Assembly: GCA_963798845.1 (NCBI GenBank)
Contig: CAWCUS010000005.1
Coordinates: 1 to 64,000, forward strand
Source: an uncultured Gemmatimonadales bacterium
GTDB lineage: Bacteria; Gemmatimonadota; Gemmatimonadetes; Longimicrobiales; RSA9
Direction: 5' to 3'
Length of the DNA stretch: 64,000 bases
A program made the translations under genes and the position numbers. This document shows, in pieces, positions 50,442 through 60,173 of the stretch (within the stretch, counting starts at the first letter, position 1; every line of letters starts with the position of its first letter). A model generated the notes under the pieces. That model was not told where the DNA came from. It searched no databases and worked only from the letters and a program-made list of their open reading frames with translations.

Positions 50442-51124
50442 GTTTCCGCGGCGAGATGACGCGGGTGGGCGCGGTGGCGTGGAAGGACCTCACGACGGAG
50501 CGGCGGTCGAAGGCGAACTTCAACGCGGTGCTGTTCCTTGCCACGCTGATGCTGCTGATGTTCGGGTTTGCCCTGGGGCCGGACACCTCGGCGTTGAGGG
50601 CGGCGGCGGCGGGGATCGTGTGGCTGACCGTGCTGTTCAGCGGCAATCTGGCGTTCCACCGGTCCTACCAGGTGGAGCTGGAGCGGGGGGCGCTGGAGAT
50701 GCTGCTGCTGTATCCGGGGGCGAGGAGCTCGATCTTCCTGGGGAAGCTGCTGGCGAACCTGACGTTCGTGCTGCTGGTGGAAGCGGTGCTGATCCCGATC
50801 GCCATGGTGCTCTACGACATCTCGGTGGTCCGCGGTGCGGCCATGGTCCTGCTGGTGATCTTCCTCGGGACCGTGGGGTTCGTGACGCTGGGGACGTTCT
50901 ACGGGTCCATGGCGAGCCGGAGCCGCGCGCGCGAGGTTCTGCTGCCGCTGCTCCTGTTCCCGATGGTCGTGCCGGTGCTGGTTGCGGCCGTGGAAGCGAC
51001 CGCGGCGCTCATGCAGGGGGATCTGATGGGGGAGAGCGGGCGCTGGCTCCGGCTGCTCTTCGCGTTCGACACCATCTTCGTGGGCGCGTCGATCATGGCG
51101 TTCGGAGCCGTCATCGAGGAGTGA
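50438..51124 (+). CDS. ccmB: Heme exporter protein CcmB
   Basis: WKDLTTE, ELERGALEML, LLPLLLFPMVVPVL. Confidence 0.9.
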   Translation: MSFRGEMTRVGAVAWKDLTTERRSKANFNAVLFLATLMLLMFGFALGPDTSALRAAAAGIVWLTVLFSGNLAFHRSYQVELERGALEMLLLYPGARSSIFLGKLLANLTFVLLVEAVLIPIAMVLYDISVVRGAAMVLLVIFLGTVGFVTLGTFYGSMASRSRAREVLLPLLLFPMVVPVLVAAVEATAALMQGDLMGESGRWLRLLFAFDTIFVGASIMAFGAVIEE

Positions 51125-51125
51125 G

Positions 51126-51845
51126 ATGGGAACGGTGAGAGCACTCAGGGAGGAACGGGCGCCGAAGTGGCTGGTGGTGCTCAGCTTCGCGGCGCTGGGC
51201 GCCGTGCTGGCCGGCCAGTATTACGGGTTCTTCGTCGCCCCGGTGGCGGAGGACTACCAGGCGTCGCAGAAGATCATGTACATCCACGTGCCAGCCGCGT
51301 GGAACGCGTTCCTGGCCATCTTCATCGTGTTCTGGGCGAGCGTGATGTACCTGTGGAAGCGAACGGAGCGCGCGGACCTGCTGGCGGCTTCGGCTGCCGA
51401 GATCGGAACCGTGTTCCTGGGCCTGACCCTCGCCCTGGGCTCGATCTGGGGCCGCTGGGCGTGGGGGGCGTGGTGGACGTGGGATGCCAGGCTGACGTCC
51501 ACGGCCGTGCTCTTCATCATGTTCGTGGGCTATCTCGCCCTGCGCTCGTTCACCGAGGATCCGGAGCGGAGGGCGACGTGGAGCGCGGGCGTGGGAATCT
51601 TCGGCGCGCTGAACGTGCCGATCGTGTACATGTCGGTGCGCTGGTGGCGTACGCTGCACCAGGTGCAGTCGTCGGCCACCACGATGGACCCGACGTTCAA
51701 GTGGGGGCTGGGCATCAACGCGATCGCTTTCCTGATGGTCATGATCTCGTTCGTGTCGTGGCGGTTCCGTGCGGCCAGGCTGGAACGGGAGGTGGAAGCG
51801 CTGCAGGAAGAAGCCGTGCTGGGGGGGAGAGAGATCCATGTCTGA
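51126..51845 (+). CDS. ccmC: Heme exporter/chaperone CcmC
   Basis: YIHVPAAW, WWD motif WGRWAWGAWWTWDARLT, WWRTLHQ. Confidence 0.93.
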   Translation: MGTVRALREERAPKWLVVLSFAALGAVLAGQYYGFFVAPVAEDYQASQKIMYIHVPAAWNAFLAIFIVFWASVMYLWKRTERADLLAASAAEIGTVFLGLTLALGSIWGRWAWGAWWTWDARLTSTAVLFIMFVGYLALRSFTEDPERRATWSAGVGIFGALNVPIVYMSVRWWRTLHQVQSSATTMDPTFKWGLGINAIAFLMVMISFVSWRFRAARLEREVEALQEEAVLGGREIHV

Positions 51846-51981
51846 AGCAGGGAATGTCTGGGCCTACGTCATCGGCGCGTACAGCGTGGCCTGGGTGACG
51901 CTGGTGGCCTACTCGATTCGGCTGGCGGTGATGACTCGCCGCGCGCGCCAGGCGATGCTCGATCTCGGAGGTGAGGAGTGA
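51838..51981 (+). CDS. ccmD: CcmD-like small membrane protein
   Basis: WAYVIGAYSV hydrophobic helix with a basic tail, between ccmC and ccmE. Confidence 0.75.
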   Translation: MSEAGNVWAYVIGAYSVAWVTLVAYSIRLAVMTRRARQAMLDLGGEE

Positions 51982-52418
51982 ACCGGAAGCTGATCGGAAT
52001 CGCCGGTGCGATCCTGGTGCTGGGCGGATTCGGGTACCTGATCTGGGGCGGACTCGGGAGCAACCTGGTCTACTTCCTCACGCCCTCGGAGCTGATGGCG
52101 AAGGGGAAGGCGGCGTACGAGACGCCGGTGCGGCTGGGGGGGCAGGTGGTCCCCGGTTCCATCGAGTGGAACGCAGACGCGCTGGATCTCCGTTTCCGCG
52201 TCACGGATGGTCAGGATACGCTCGCGGTCCACTCGAAGGGTGCGCCGCCCGCGATGTTCAAGGACACGATGGGCGTGGTGGTGGAGGGGACATACCACGA
52301 GGCGGGAGTGTTCGAGTCGACGAACCTGATGGTCCAGCACTCGAACGAGTACAAGGCGCCACCGCCCGGACACAAGCCGGTGGACGCATACAAGACGCTG
52401 ATCAGAGAGGACGGGTAG
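51978..52418 (+). CDS. ccmE: Heme chaperone CcmE
   Basis: YFLTPSE, VRLGGQV, HSNEY (HxxxY heme-binding motif). Confidence 0.92.
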   Translation: MNRKLIGIAGAILVLGGFGYLIWGGLGSNLVYFLTPSELMAKGKAAYETPVRLGGQVVPGSIEWNADALDLRFRVTDGQDTLAVHSKGAPPAMFKDTMGVVVEGTYHEAGVFESTNLMVQHSNEYKAPPPGHKPVDAYKTLIREDG

Positions 52419-52422
52419 GCTC

Positions 52423-54430
52423 GTGGTCAGGCTTCTCGGATTCAGCGCGATCGCATTCTCGCTCGGCCTGGCGGTGTACGCCGCGCTGGCCGCGTACTGG
52501 GGGGCGTACCGGAAGACGCCGGAGCTCGTGGCGAGCGCCCGGGCCGCGGCCTACGCGGTGTTCGGGCTCGTGCTCGTGGCGAACCTCTCCATGGTGTACG
52601 CCCTTCTGACTCACGATTTCAGCATCTCCTACGTCGCACAGGTGGGGAATCGGTCCACGCCCGCGTTCTACACGGTGATCTCGCTGTGGGGCTCGCTGGA
52701 GGGGTCGATTCTCTTCTGGGGCCTGGTGCTCACCGGGTATGCCGCGGTGGCGACGTTCCTTCACCGGGACCGCGACAACGCCATGTTCCCGGTGGCGCTC
52801 GGCACGATGATGGTGGTGAGCACGTTCTTCCTGGCGCTGCTGATGGGCCCGGCAAACCCGTTCAAGGCCATGTTCCCGATACCGGCGGATGGCCCCGGAC
52901 CGAACCCGTTGCTGCAGAACCACTGGCTGATGGGCGTCCACCCGCCGCTGCTGTACCTCGGCTATGTGGGCATGACCGTGCCGTTCGCTTTCGCGGTGGG
53001 TGCGCTGGTCACCAAGCAGACGGACGATCGCTGGCTGCGCATCACGCGCCGCTGGACGATCACGGCGTGGGGCTTCCTCAGCCTGGCGATCATCGCCGGA
53101 ATGTGGTGGTCGTACGACGTGCTGGGGTGGGGCGGGTACTGGGCGTGGGACCCGGTGGAGAACGCATCGTTCATTCCCTGGCTCACGGCCACGGCATTCA
53201 TCCACAGCATGATGGTGCAGGAACGGCGGGGGATGCTGAAGGTCTGGAACGTGAGCCTGATCATCTCCACGTTCGTGCTGACGATCCTGGGCACGTTCCT
53301 GACTCGGAGCGGGATCCTGTCGTCGGTGCATGCGTTCGCGGAAGGCGATATCGGCTACTGGTTCCTGGGCTTCATCGGATTCGTGCTCCTGGCGAGCCTC
53401 GCGCTCGTGGCGGGGAGGAGCGAGGAGCTGGCGAGCGACGGGCGTCTTGAATCGGCCGCGTCGCGCGAGACCGTGTTCCTCCTGAACAACCTCGTGCTGG
53501 CGGCGTTCGCCTTCACGGTGATCCTCGGCACCCTGTTCCCGCTGGTGGCAGAAGCGCTGCGGGGGGTGAAGGTGACCGTGGGTGAGCCGTTCTTCAACAG
53601 GATGACCCTGCCCATGGCCGTCCTGCTCCTCTTCCTGGTGGGCGTGGGCCCGGTGCTGCCGTGGGGGCGAGCGAGCGAGCGGGACTACCGCCGGCTGCTG
53701 GTCCCCGCCGGTGATGGGTCTCATCGCCGGCGTGGTCGGATTCACCGCGGGGTTCCGCAACGTGATCGCCCTCCTGGGGATCGCTTTCGCCGGCTTCGCG
53801 CTGGCCGCCAACCTGAGCGAGTTCGGTGCCGGGGCGCGGGCGCGCATGCGCTCGCAGGGTGAAAACGCGGCGCTGGCGCTGTGGCGCCTGATCAAGGGGA
53901 ATCCACGGCGGTTCGGTGGCTACGTAGCGCACGTGGGCGTGCTCGTCGCCGCGGTGGGGATCATCGCGTCGTCCAGCTTCAAGGTGGACCGGGAATTCAC
54001 GCTCACGCCGGGCGAGACGGCGGACGTGGGCGGCTACACGCTGCGGCTCGAGGAAGTCTGGGGCAGGGAAGAGGCGCGGCGCTTCGTCGTGGGCGCGGAC
54101 GTGGCCGTGCTCAAGGGGAGTCACCAGGTGGCGACGCTGGCGCCGCGCCTGAACTACTACAACAGCAGCGAGCAGCCGATCACCACGCCAGCCGTACGCA
54201 GCCGGCCGCACGAAGACCTCTATCTGACGCTGATGGCGTTCGAGCGGGACGGCTCGTCAGCGAGCATCCGGGCGATGGTCGAGCCGCTGGTGAGCTGGAT
54301 CTGGATCGGTGGCCTCATCATCGGGCTCGGCGCCCTGATCTCCCTGCGCTACCGGAGCCGCAGGGCGGACGACATGGTCGTGCGTCAGCCGGGCGGTTCC
54401 GGCCGGTTGACGAAGGAGGTGGTGGCGTGA
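52423..54430 (+). CDS. ccmF: Heme lyase CcmF, split by a +1 frameshift near 53700-53711 (probable sequencing error)
   Basis: HPPLLYLGY, WGGYWAWDPVENAS and SVHAF in ORF 52423..53862; GGYVAHVG and PLVSWIWIGG continue in ORF 53711..54430. Confidence 0.92.
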
Positions 54431-55020
54431 GCTGGAAGCGTGCGGGGATCGCCATGGTGGTGGCGATCCCGCTCATCATGCTGTTCACGTTCGGACTGCG
54501 ACGAGGGGATCCCCGTCTGATCCCGTCGCCTCTCGTGGACGAGCCTGCCCCGGATTTCGCGCTGCCCGTGATGAACCTGGCGAGCACTGGACCGTCCACG
54601 ACGGGGGACACGGTGCGGCTCGCGGACTTCCGCGGGGACGTCGTGGTGCTCAACTTCTTCGCGTCCTGGTGCGTGCCGTGCCGGATCGAGCACCAGAGCC
54701 TCAACCGTATCGCGAGCGCGTACGCGGGGCGGGACGTCCACTTCTTCGGTGTGGTGTACAACGACAGCGCTCCGGCCATCCGCAGCTACGTGCGCCAGCT
54801 CGGGGGCATGGTCTACCCCGCGCTCGCGGACGGGGGGCAGCGCGTCGCCATCGACTACGGCCTCGTGGGTGTGCCCGAAACGTTCTTCATCGGCCGGGAT
54901 GGACGGGTCAGGAAGAAAGTGTTCAGCTCGGTCTACGATGATCAGCTGATAGCGGAGATCGAGACACTGCTCTCCGAGCCGCGCCCCGCGGCCGACGAGC
55001 CGGAGGAGGTGGGACGGTGA
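54427..55020 (+). CDS. ccmG: Thiol-disulfide oxidoreductase CcmG/TlpA
   Basis: N-terminal anchor, NFFASWCVPC, GVPETFFI. Confidence 0.88.
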   Translation: MSWKRAGIAMVVAIPLIMLFTFGLRRGDPRLIPSPLVDEPAPDFALPVMNLASTGPSTTGDTVRLADFRGDVVVLNFFASWCVPCRIEHQSLNRIASAYAGRDVHFFGVVYNDSAPAIRSYVRQLGGMVYPALADGGQRVAIDYGLVGVPETFFIGRDGRVRKKVFSSVYDDQLIAEIETLLSEPRPAADEPEEVGR

Positions 55021-55460
55021 TGCGCAGGATGGCCGGATTGCTGGTGCTCCTGCTGGTGGTGGCTGGCACGCGCCTGAGCGCGCAACAGGAAGGGTTGACC
55101 CGGAAGGGCCCGCTACAGGATCAGGCCATGGAGGCGGAAGCGAGCCGGATCGCGTCGGGGCTGCGCTGCCCGGTGTGCCAGGGGCTCTCCATCCAGGATT
55201 CTCCCTCGCCGCTGGCGCAGGAGATGAAGGACGTGATCCGGACCCAGCTCTCCGCCGGAAGGTCCGAGGACCAGATCCAGGCCTACTTCGTCAGCAAGTA
55301 CGGCGAATGGGTGCTCCTGGCGCCCCGGGCCGCGGGCTTCAACCTCCTGGTCTACCTGCTCCCTGCGCTGGTCCTCCTGGCGGGCGGCGGACTGATCGTG
55401 TTGTCCGTTCGACGCTGGACGACCGCGGCGCCTCGCGACGGCGAAGCCGGCCAGGGCTGA
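55017..55460 (+). CDS. ccmH: Cytochrome c biogenesis protein CcmH
   Basis: LRCPVCQG, YFVSKYGEWVL, C-terminal TM helix. Confidence 0.9.
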   Translation: MMRRMAGLLVLLLVVAGTRLSAQQEGLTRKGPLQDQAMEAEASRIASGLRCPVCQGLSIQDSPSPLAQEMKDVIRTQLSAGRSEDQIQAYFVSKYGEWVLLAPRAAGFNLLVYLLPALVLLAGGGLIVLSVRRWTTAAPRDGEAGQG

Positions 55461-55603
55461 CCGGCTCTTTCCCGGGCTCCCGGCCTCGCGCCTCGCGCCG
55501 CCCGGGACTACCTTTCGCGGCGGTTGAAGGGCGGACCGTCTGCGGACGGCGACGGTAGAAGAGCCGAAAACGGCAAGGCTCGGGAGAACCCAGCGGAGCA
55601 TCG

Positions 55604-56467
55604 ATGTATCCTCACCTGTTCACGATCGGTCACTTCACCGTGACCTCGTTCGGCCTCATGATGTTCCTCTCGTTCGTGGTGGGCGCCTGGGTCCTGGCCC
55701 GCCAGTTCGAAAAGCGGGACATGAGCCCGGAGCTCGCGTGGGACATGCTGCTCTGGATCGCGCTCGGCGGCATCATCGGGGCCAAGCTGTACTACATCGG
55801 GCTCCATATGGACGACCTGGCGGCCGACCCGCTCCGGGAGCTGACCAACCGCGGCGGGCTGGTGTGGTACGGTGGCTTCATTGGCGGTGCAGCGGCGTTC
55901 TACTGGCAGGTCCGCAAGCGCAAGCTGTCGCTCGCCCGGACGTTCGATTCTGCAGCGCCGGCGCTCGCGATCGCGTACGCCGTGGGGCGCATGGGGTGCT
56001 TCCTCGTGGGCGACGACTACGGCCGTCCCACCGACTCCTGGGTCGGGATCGCGTTCCCGAAAGGGTATCCGCCGACCACCGCCGGCTACTTCCGTTCGAT
56101 CGGCACCGAGATCCCGGCCAACATCCCCGACTCGGCGGTGCTGGCCGTGCACCCGACGCAGCTGTACGAGATCGGGCTGGCGCTGATCATCTTCGCGATC
56201 CTGTGGCGGCTTTCGGGCAAACTTCGGGATGGACGCCTGTTCGCGGTCTACATGGCGCTGTACGGCATCGAGCGCTTCATGATCGAGTTCGTGCGCGCGA
56301 AGACCGACCACGTTCTTCTTGGCCTGACGACTTCACAGGTGGCCAGCATCCTCCTCCTCATGGGGGCTACCGTGATCTGGCAGCGGACCGCGAATGCACC
56401 CGTCACGGCGCCGTCCGGCGCCCGGACCGGGTCGCCCGGGGGGCCCCGGGCCGCCGCCCCTCGCTGA
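55604..56467 (+). CDS. lgt: Prolipoprotein diacylglyceryl transferase
   Basis: GLVWYGG, GRMGCFLVGDDYG, HPTQLYE, RFMIEFVR. Confidence 0.88.
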   Translation: MYPHLFTIGHFTVTSFGLMMFLSFVVGAWVLARQFEKRDMSPELAWDMLLWIALGGIIGAKLYYIGLHMDDLAADPLRELTNRGGLVWYGGFIGGAAAFYWQVRKRKLSLARTFDSAAPALAIAYAVGRMGCFLVGDDYGRPTDSWVGIAFPKGYPPTTAGYFRSIGTEIPANIPDSAVLAVHPTQLYEIGLALIIFAILWRLSGKLRDGRLFAVYMALYGIERFMIEFVRAKTDHVLLGLTTSQVASILLLMGATVIWQRTANAPVTAPSGARTGSPGGPRAAAPR

Positions 56468-56471
56468 GCTG

Positions 56472-57440
56472 GTGACCGCTCGGCGGCTCTCGTGCCTGCT
56501 CGCCGCGCTTGTCGCGGCGGCCGCGCCCCGGGCCGCGCGCGCACAGGAGCCGGCGGACACCACGGCCCATCCGCGCGTGCAGCCGCCGGGGGACTCGGTG
56601 GCCGCCATTGCGCCCGGAGATACCACCCTCTCCGACACCACCGCTCCAGCACCGGTCCGACCGGTGCCGAGGCTCGTGGTGACGGTCCAGGGAGGGCTGG
56701 TCCGGTTCACCGACCTGCAGTCCCAGGCCGCGCGCCTCGCCGTCAGGGGGGCGACGGGCGAGACAACGAGCACGGTTCTGCTGCGGACCCTGGGCGTCAA
56801 TGGCGGCGTGGGAGGAGGCGCTTCGGCGCTGCTGAACCTTTCCCGTCGGTGGGGCGCACGGCTGGGCGTGAGCATCCTGCAGGCGACGCTCAACGCGGCC
56901 TACGCCGCCGGCGACAGCGCGTCGTCGAACCGGGCCGGGAGGCTCCCGGCGCCCGGGGAGCGCGGGGTGCGGGTGACGGTGGTGGATGCGGCGCTGCAGT
57001 ATCGGCTTCCGGCGGGAGCGCGGCTGCATCCGTACCTGGAGCTCGGGGCTGCGGCCGTCAGCTGGGCGACCGACGCCACGACCGCCACTGCGCTGGCGGG
57101 CGCCAGCGATCTTCTGCACGCGCAGACGCGTGCGGCGGTTGAAGCGGCCGTAGGCGCAGTGGTTCCGGTCACTGACGCGCTCTCCGTCCGCCTCCAGGCA
57201 ACGACGCAGCTCTTCCGCACCCCGCTCGGGACCGCGCCGGCCAGCGCGCTCATCGCCTCAGGCGACTCCGCTTCGCTCTCCTTCGACCCCCCTCGCTCCG
57301 CGCACTACGCGGACGCGGCGGTGGAGCTCGTTCGGGCCATGCGGCTGGAGGTGGGCCTCAGTTACGGATTCGGCCGCCTGGCGCCGGAGCGCCCGAGCGA
57401 ATCCGCAGAAGTCGGATCGTCGACACCGACGCCCCGCTGA
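56472..57440 (+). CDS. Hypothetical exported protein, probable small beta-barrel (start uncertain)
   Basis: Signal-like LAALVAAAAPRAARAQ; LHPYLELGAAAV and LEVGLSYGF strand patterns. Confidence 0.55.
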   Translation: MTARRLSCLLAALVAAAAPRAARAQEPADTTAHPRVQPPGDSVAAIAPGDTTLSDTTAPAPVRPVPRLVVTVQGGLVRFTDLQSQAARLAVRGATGETTSTVLLRTLGVNGGVGGGASALLNLSRRWGARLGVSILQATLNAAYAAGDSASSNRAGRLPAPGERGVRVTVVDAALQYRLPAGARLHPYLELGAAAVSWATDATTATALAGASDLLHAQTRAAVEAAVGAVVPVTDALSVRLQATTQLFRTPLGTAPASALIASGDSASLSFDPPRSAHYADAAVELVRAMRLEVGLSYGFGRLAPERPSESAEVGSSTPTPR

Positions 57441-59157
57441 CCGCATCGGTCACCTCCACGGTGACCCGCTTCAGGCCGTCGCCCGCGCTGGAGAGGTCGA
57501 GGGTGAACGCCACCACGGCCGGATTCTCGGAAGCGGAGCCCTCCCAGGCGACGCGCACCGGGCGGTCGCGCCGGGCAAGGCCGAGCGTCCGACCGAGCCA
57601 GCGCACGGCACGGCCGATGGCGCCGGAATCATCCACCGGCTCCACTTGCCACGAGACCGCGTAGTGCGACTTTCCCCCCACCCGTGGCAGCCCGTACACC
57701 TCGACGTACAGCCCGATCGCTTCGCCGGGCGGGATCTCCAGTGAGGCGAGGGGGACGAGCGCGGCGTCCGTCCTCACGGCCGGCGCCGCCCCGGCGGCGA
57801 ACGGCAGACCGACCACGAGGTCCGAGAGCGAGAGCCCGCGGCTCGCGGGGACGTCGACCCGGAACTGGGCCAGGCCGCCGAGACCGGTGGATTCGTCGTC
57901 CACCTCTGCGCGCGCGACGTACACGCCCGGCCTCGCGGGCACCGTTCCCCTCAGGACCGTGCCTCTCGCGCCACCGCCCGAGTCCACTCGCACCATCGCT
58001 TCCACCCGGCCGACCTCGTGACCCATCGTGTCGAGCAGGGCGATCAGGCCGCGCGGGTGCTCCGGGACGAATGGACGCGCCGTATCGGCGGGGAGGAAGG
58101 CGTCGATGCGGAGCAGGGAGGCGCCGGGAAACACGGTGCTCTGGAACGACATGCCGTGCATGCGATGCAGCCGGACGGGGGCGTATTGCGTGTGCGCCGT
58201 GTCGCGCTCCAGGTCCGGCCGGCGACCCGGCGGATAGGGGAACGGGATCCCCTCCGTGAGGAGGCGGGCCGGGACGAACGAGACCATGTGGGGGTCGAAC
58301 CACTCGACCATGGAGAGCCTGGGCTCGAAGCTTGGCACGTACTGGTGCTGCCGCTCCCTCCGCACCGGCCGGCCGAAACGGAGCAGGATCTCCTCCTGGT
58401 CCGCGCCCCAGCTTTCCATCCCCAGCGCACGCGGCGCCTCCTCCAGGATGGCGGCCCATGCGTGCCGTGCGTAGTGCGCCGAGCGGCGCTCGTTCCCTGG
58501 CTCCAGCAGCGACGGATCGGAGAAGGCCCAGAAGCGCGCGAGGTAGCGCTCCCTGGCCTCCGGGTCGAGCCGCTCGTAGGCCTTGCGCTCCTCTCCCTCC
58601 AGCAGGACCCCCACGTCGTCGAGCTTCTCCCGGGCCTCCGCCGGCATGGCTGCGCGCGCTGAATCGAACGCCTCCTCGGCCTCGGCGAAATCGCCGGCCT
58701 CGTGAAGCGCAAGCCCGAGCAGCATCAGGCTCTCCGGTGCGTAGTGCGCAGCCCATGCGTGCGTTCTGGCCGTGGCCACCGCCTCCGACTCCCGGTCGTC
58801 ATCGACCAGGTAGCGCACCACCCGCCCCGCTGCCACCGGGTCCGCCGGCGCGGCAGAGAACCAGCGGCGGTGCGTCCGGAGCGCCGCCAGCCGGGCCTGC
58901 ACCGCCGCCTCCGGCGGAGGCAGCGGGGCGCGGGGCGGGGTGCCCGGGTCATCGTAGGTGAAGCAGAAGCGGCCGATGATCTCGTCGCAGTGATCGCCGC
59001 CACCGCTCCCGAAGCGCTCGGGGGCGAGTCGTCGCAGGAGCGACTCGTAGTAGAACGCCGCGGAGCGGGCTCGGCGCGCCAGGGCGCGAACCGAGTCTTG
59101 CGGCGCCGTCTGGGGCGCGGCCACGGAAAAGAACACAATCAGCAAGGCTTCGAGCAC
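57358..59157 (-). CDS. TPR plus degenerate GWxTD-domain exported protein
   Basis: GTG start then a hydrophobic N-terminus; TPR-like LLGLALHEAGDFAEAEEAF; RFWAFSDP...NERRSAHYAR...SWGADQEEILLRFGRP. Confidence 0.7.
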   Translation of the reverse strand: MLEALLIVFFSVAAPQTAPQDSVRALARRARSAAFYYESLLRRLAPERFGSGGGDHCDEIIGRFCFTYDDPGTPPRAPLPPPEAAVQARLAALRTHRRWFSAAPADPVAAGRVVRYLVDDDRESEAVATARTHAWAAHYAPESLMLLGLALHEAGDFAEAEEAFDSARAAMPAEAREKLDDVGVLLEGEERKAYERLDPEARERYLARFWAFSDPSLLEPGNERRSAHYARHAWAAILEEAPRALGMESWGADQEEILLRFGRPVRRERQHQYVPSFEPRLSMVEWFDPHMVSFVPARLLTEGIPFPYPPGRRPDLERDTAHTQYAPVRLHRMHGMSFQSTVFPGASLLRIDAFLPADTARPFVPEHPRGLIALLDTMGHEVGRVEAMVRVDSGGGARGTVLRGTVPARPGVYVARAEVDDESTGLGGLAQFRVDVPASRGLSLSDLVVGLPFAAGAAPAVRTDAALVPLASLEIPPGEAIGLYVEVYGLPRVGGKSHYAVSWQVEPVDDSGAIGRAVRWLGRTLGLARRDRPVRVAWEGSASENPAVVAFTLDLSSAGDGLKRVTVEVTDAVSGASVSTIRLLRIRSGAPAPGGRIRN

Positions 59158-59243
59158 GGATTCACTTCGACGTGGAACGCGGATTGCCCTCGGCGTCGTC
59201 CAAGGAACGCGGTAGACTCCAAGAAGAGGACAGGAGGTCTGCG

Positions 59244-60173
59244 GTGCGCAAGGCCGGATCACTCGTGCTGGATCGGCTGCGGGAGCGGATCCTCGTGGGG
59301 CTGTACTTCGGGACATGGGCGCCAGGCGACCGTTTGCCGAGCGTGCGACAGGTGGCCGCAATGGAGGACGTGGACCGGAAGACGGCGGCCGCCGCGTACC
59401 GCCGGCTGGCAAAGGAGGGGCTGGTGGCGGTGGAGGCGCGCTCGGGCGTGTACCTGCAGGGTTCCAGGCAGGCCGAAGTCCCCGACCCGCTGGCCACGCT
59501 GCACCGGCAATGGCTCGAGTCGACGCTGAACAGCGCGTTCGAGCTGGGGCTCGACACCGAGTCGGTGGCCCGCATGCTCCAGGGCGTGGCCGTGGTGCAG
59601 GAGCGGCCGATTCCCGTGGTCGACGGGGACCCCGGCCACGCGGCGCTGCTCGCCGCGGAGCTGAAGTCGATGCTCGACGTCGACGCCAGGCCGTGCGCAC
59701 CGGACAGCGCGGGCAACCCCGCCGGGCTGTTCAGGGACGCTCCTTTCCTGGTAGCGACGCCCGTCGCCGCCGGGCTCATTCCGCGGGCCCGGCGGCGGGT
59801 GGTGCGCCTGACCCTCTGCCCGGAGCTGTTCGAGGACGTCCGCAGGCACGCCGCGCGCGGGATGGTCACCGTGATCGTGGGCACGCGCGGCCTCGAGCTG
59901 GAGCTGCGGCGAGCGCTGCGGCGCGGCCTGGCCGGCCCGTCCGGTCGGGTCCGCGTGATCCGGCCCGGTGAGCCGTCGAAGCTGGACGTCGAGGGTGAGG
60001 GTACGGTGCTGGTGTGGCCGGGCTCCCCCGCGTGGGTGCGGGAGCGGCTGGATGGGGGGGCGCGGTATGCGCGGCGGCTGATCTCGGAGCGCACGCTCTC
60101 GGAAGTGCGCGGCCACGTGGCTCGCGCGGCGCTGGAGACCATCAATAAGTCCAACGCCATCGCGTCGCGATGA
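59244..60173 (+). CDS. GntR-family transcriptional regulator
   Basis: AGGAGG RBS; PGDRLPSVRQVA...TAAAAYRRLAKEGLV...SGVYL winged HTH. Confidence 0.85.
   Translation: MRKAGSLVLDRLRERILVGLYFGTWAPGDRLPSVRQVAAMEDVDRKTAAAAYRRLAKEGLVAVEARSGVYLQGSRQAEVPDPLATLHRQWLESTLNSAFELGLDTESVARMLQGVAVVQERPIPVVDGDPGHAALLAAELKSMLDVDARPCAPDSAGNPAGLFRDAPFLVATPVAAGLIPRARRRVVRLTLCPELFEDVRRHAARGMVTVIVGTRGLELELRRALRRGLAGPSGRVRVIRPGEPSKLDVEGEGTVLVWPGSPAWVRERLDGGARYARRLISERTLSEVRGHVARAALETINKSNAIASR

Noticed and set aside
59164..59179. parS-like 16-mer ACTTCGACGTGGAACG
   Set aside because: Only 12 of 16 matches to TGTTCCACGTGGAACA, broken symmetry in the left arm, a single copy and no par genes
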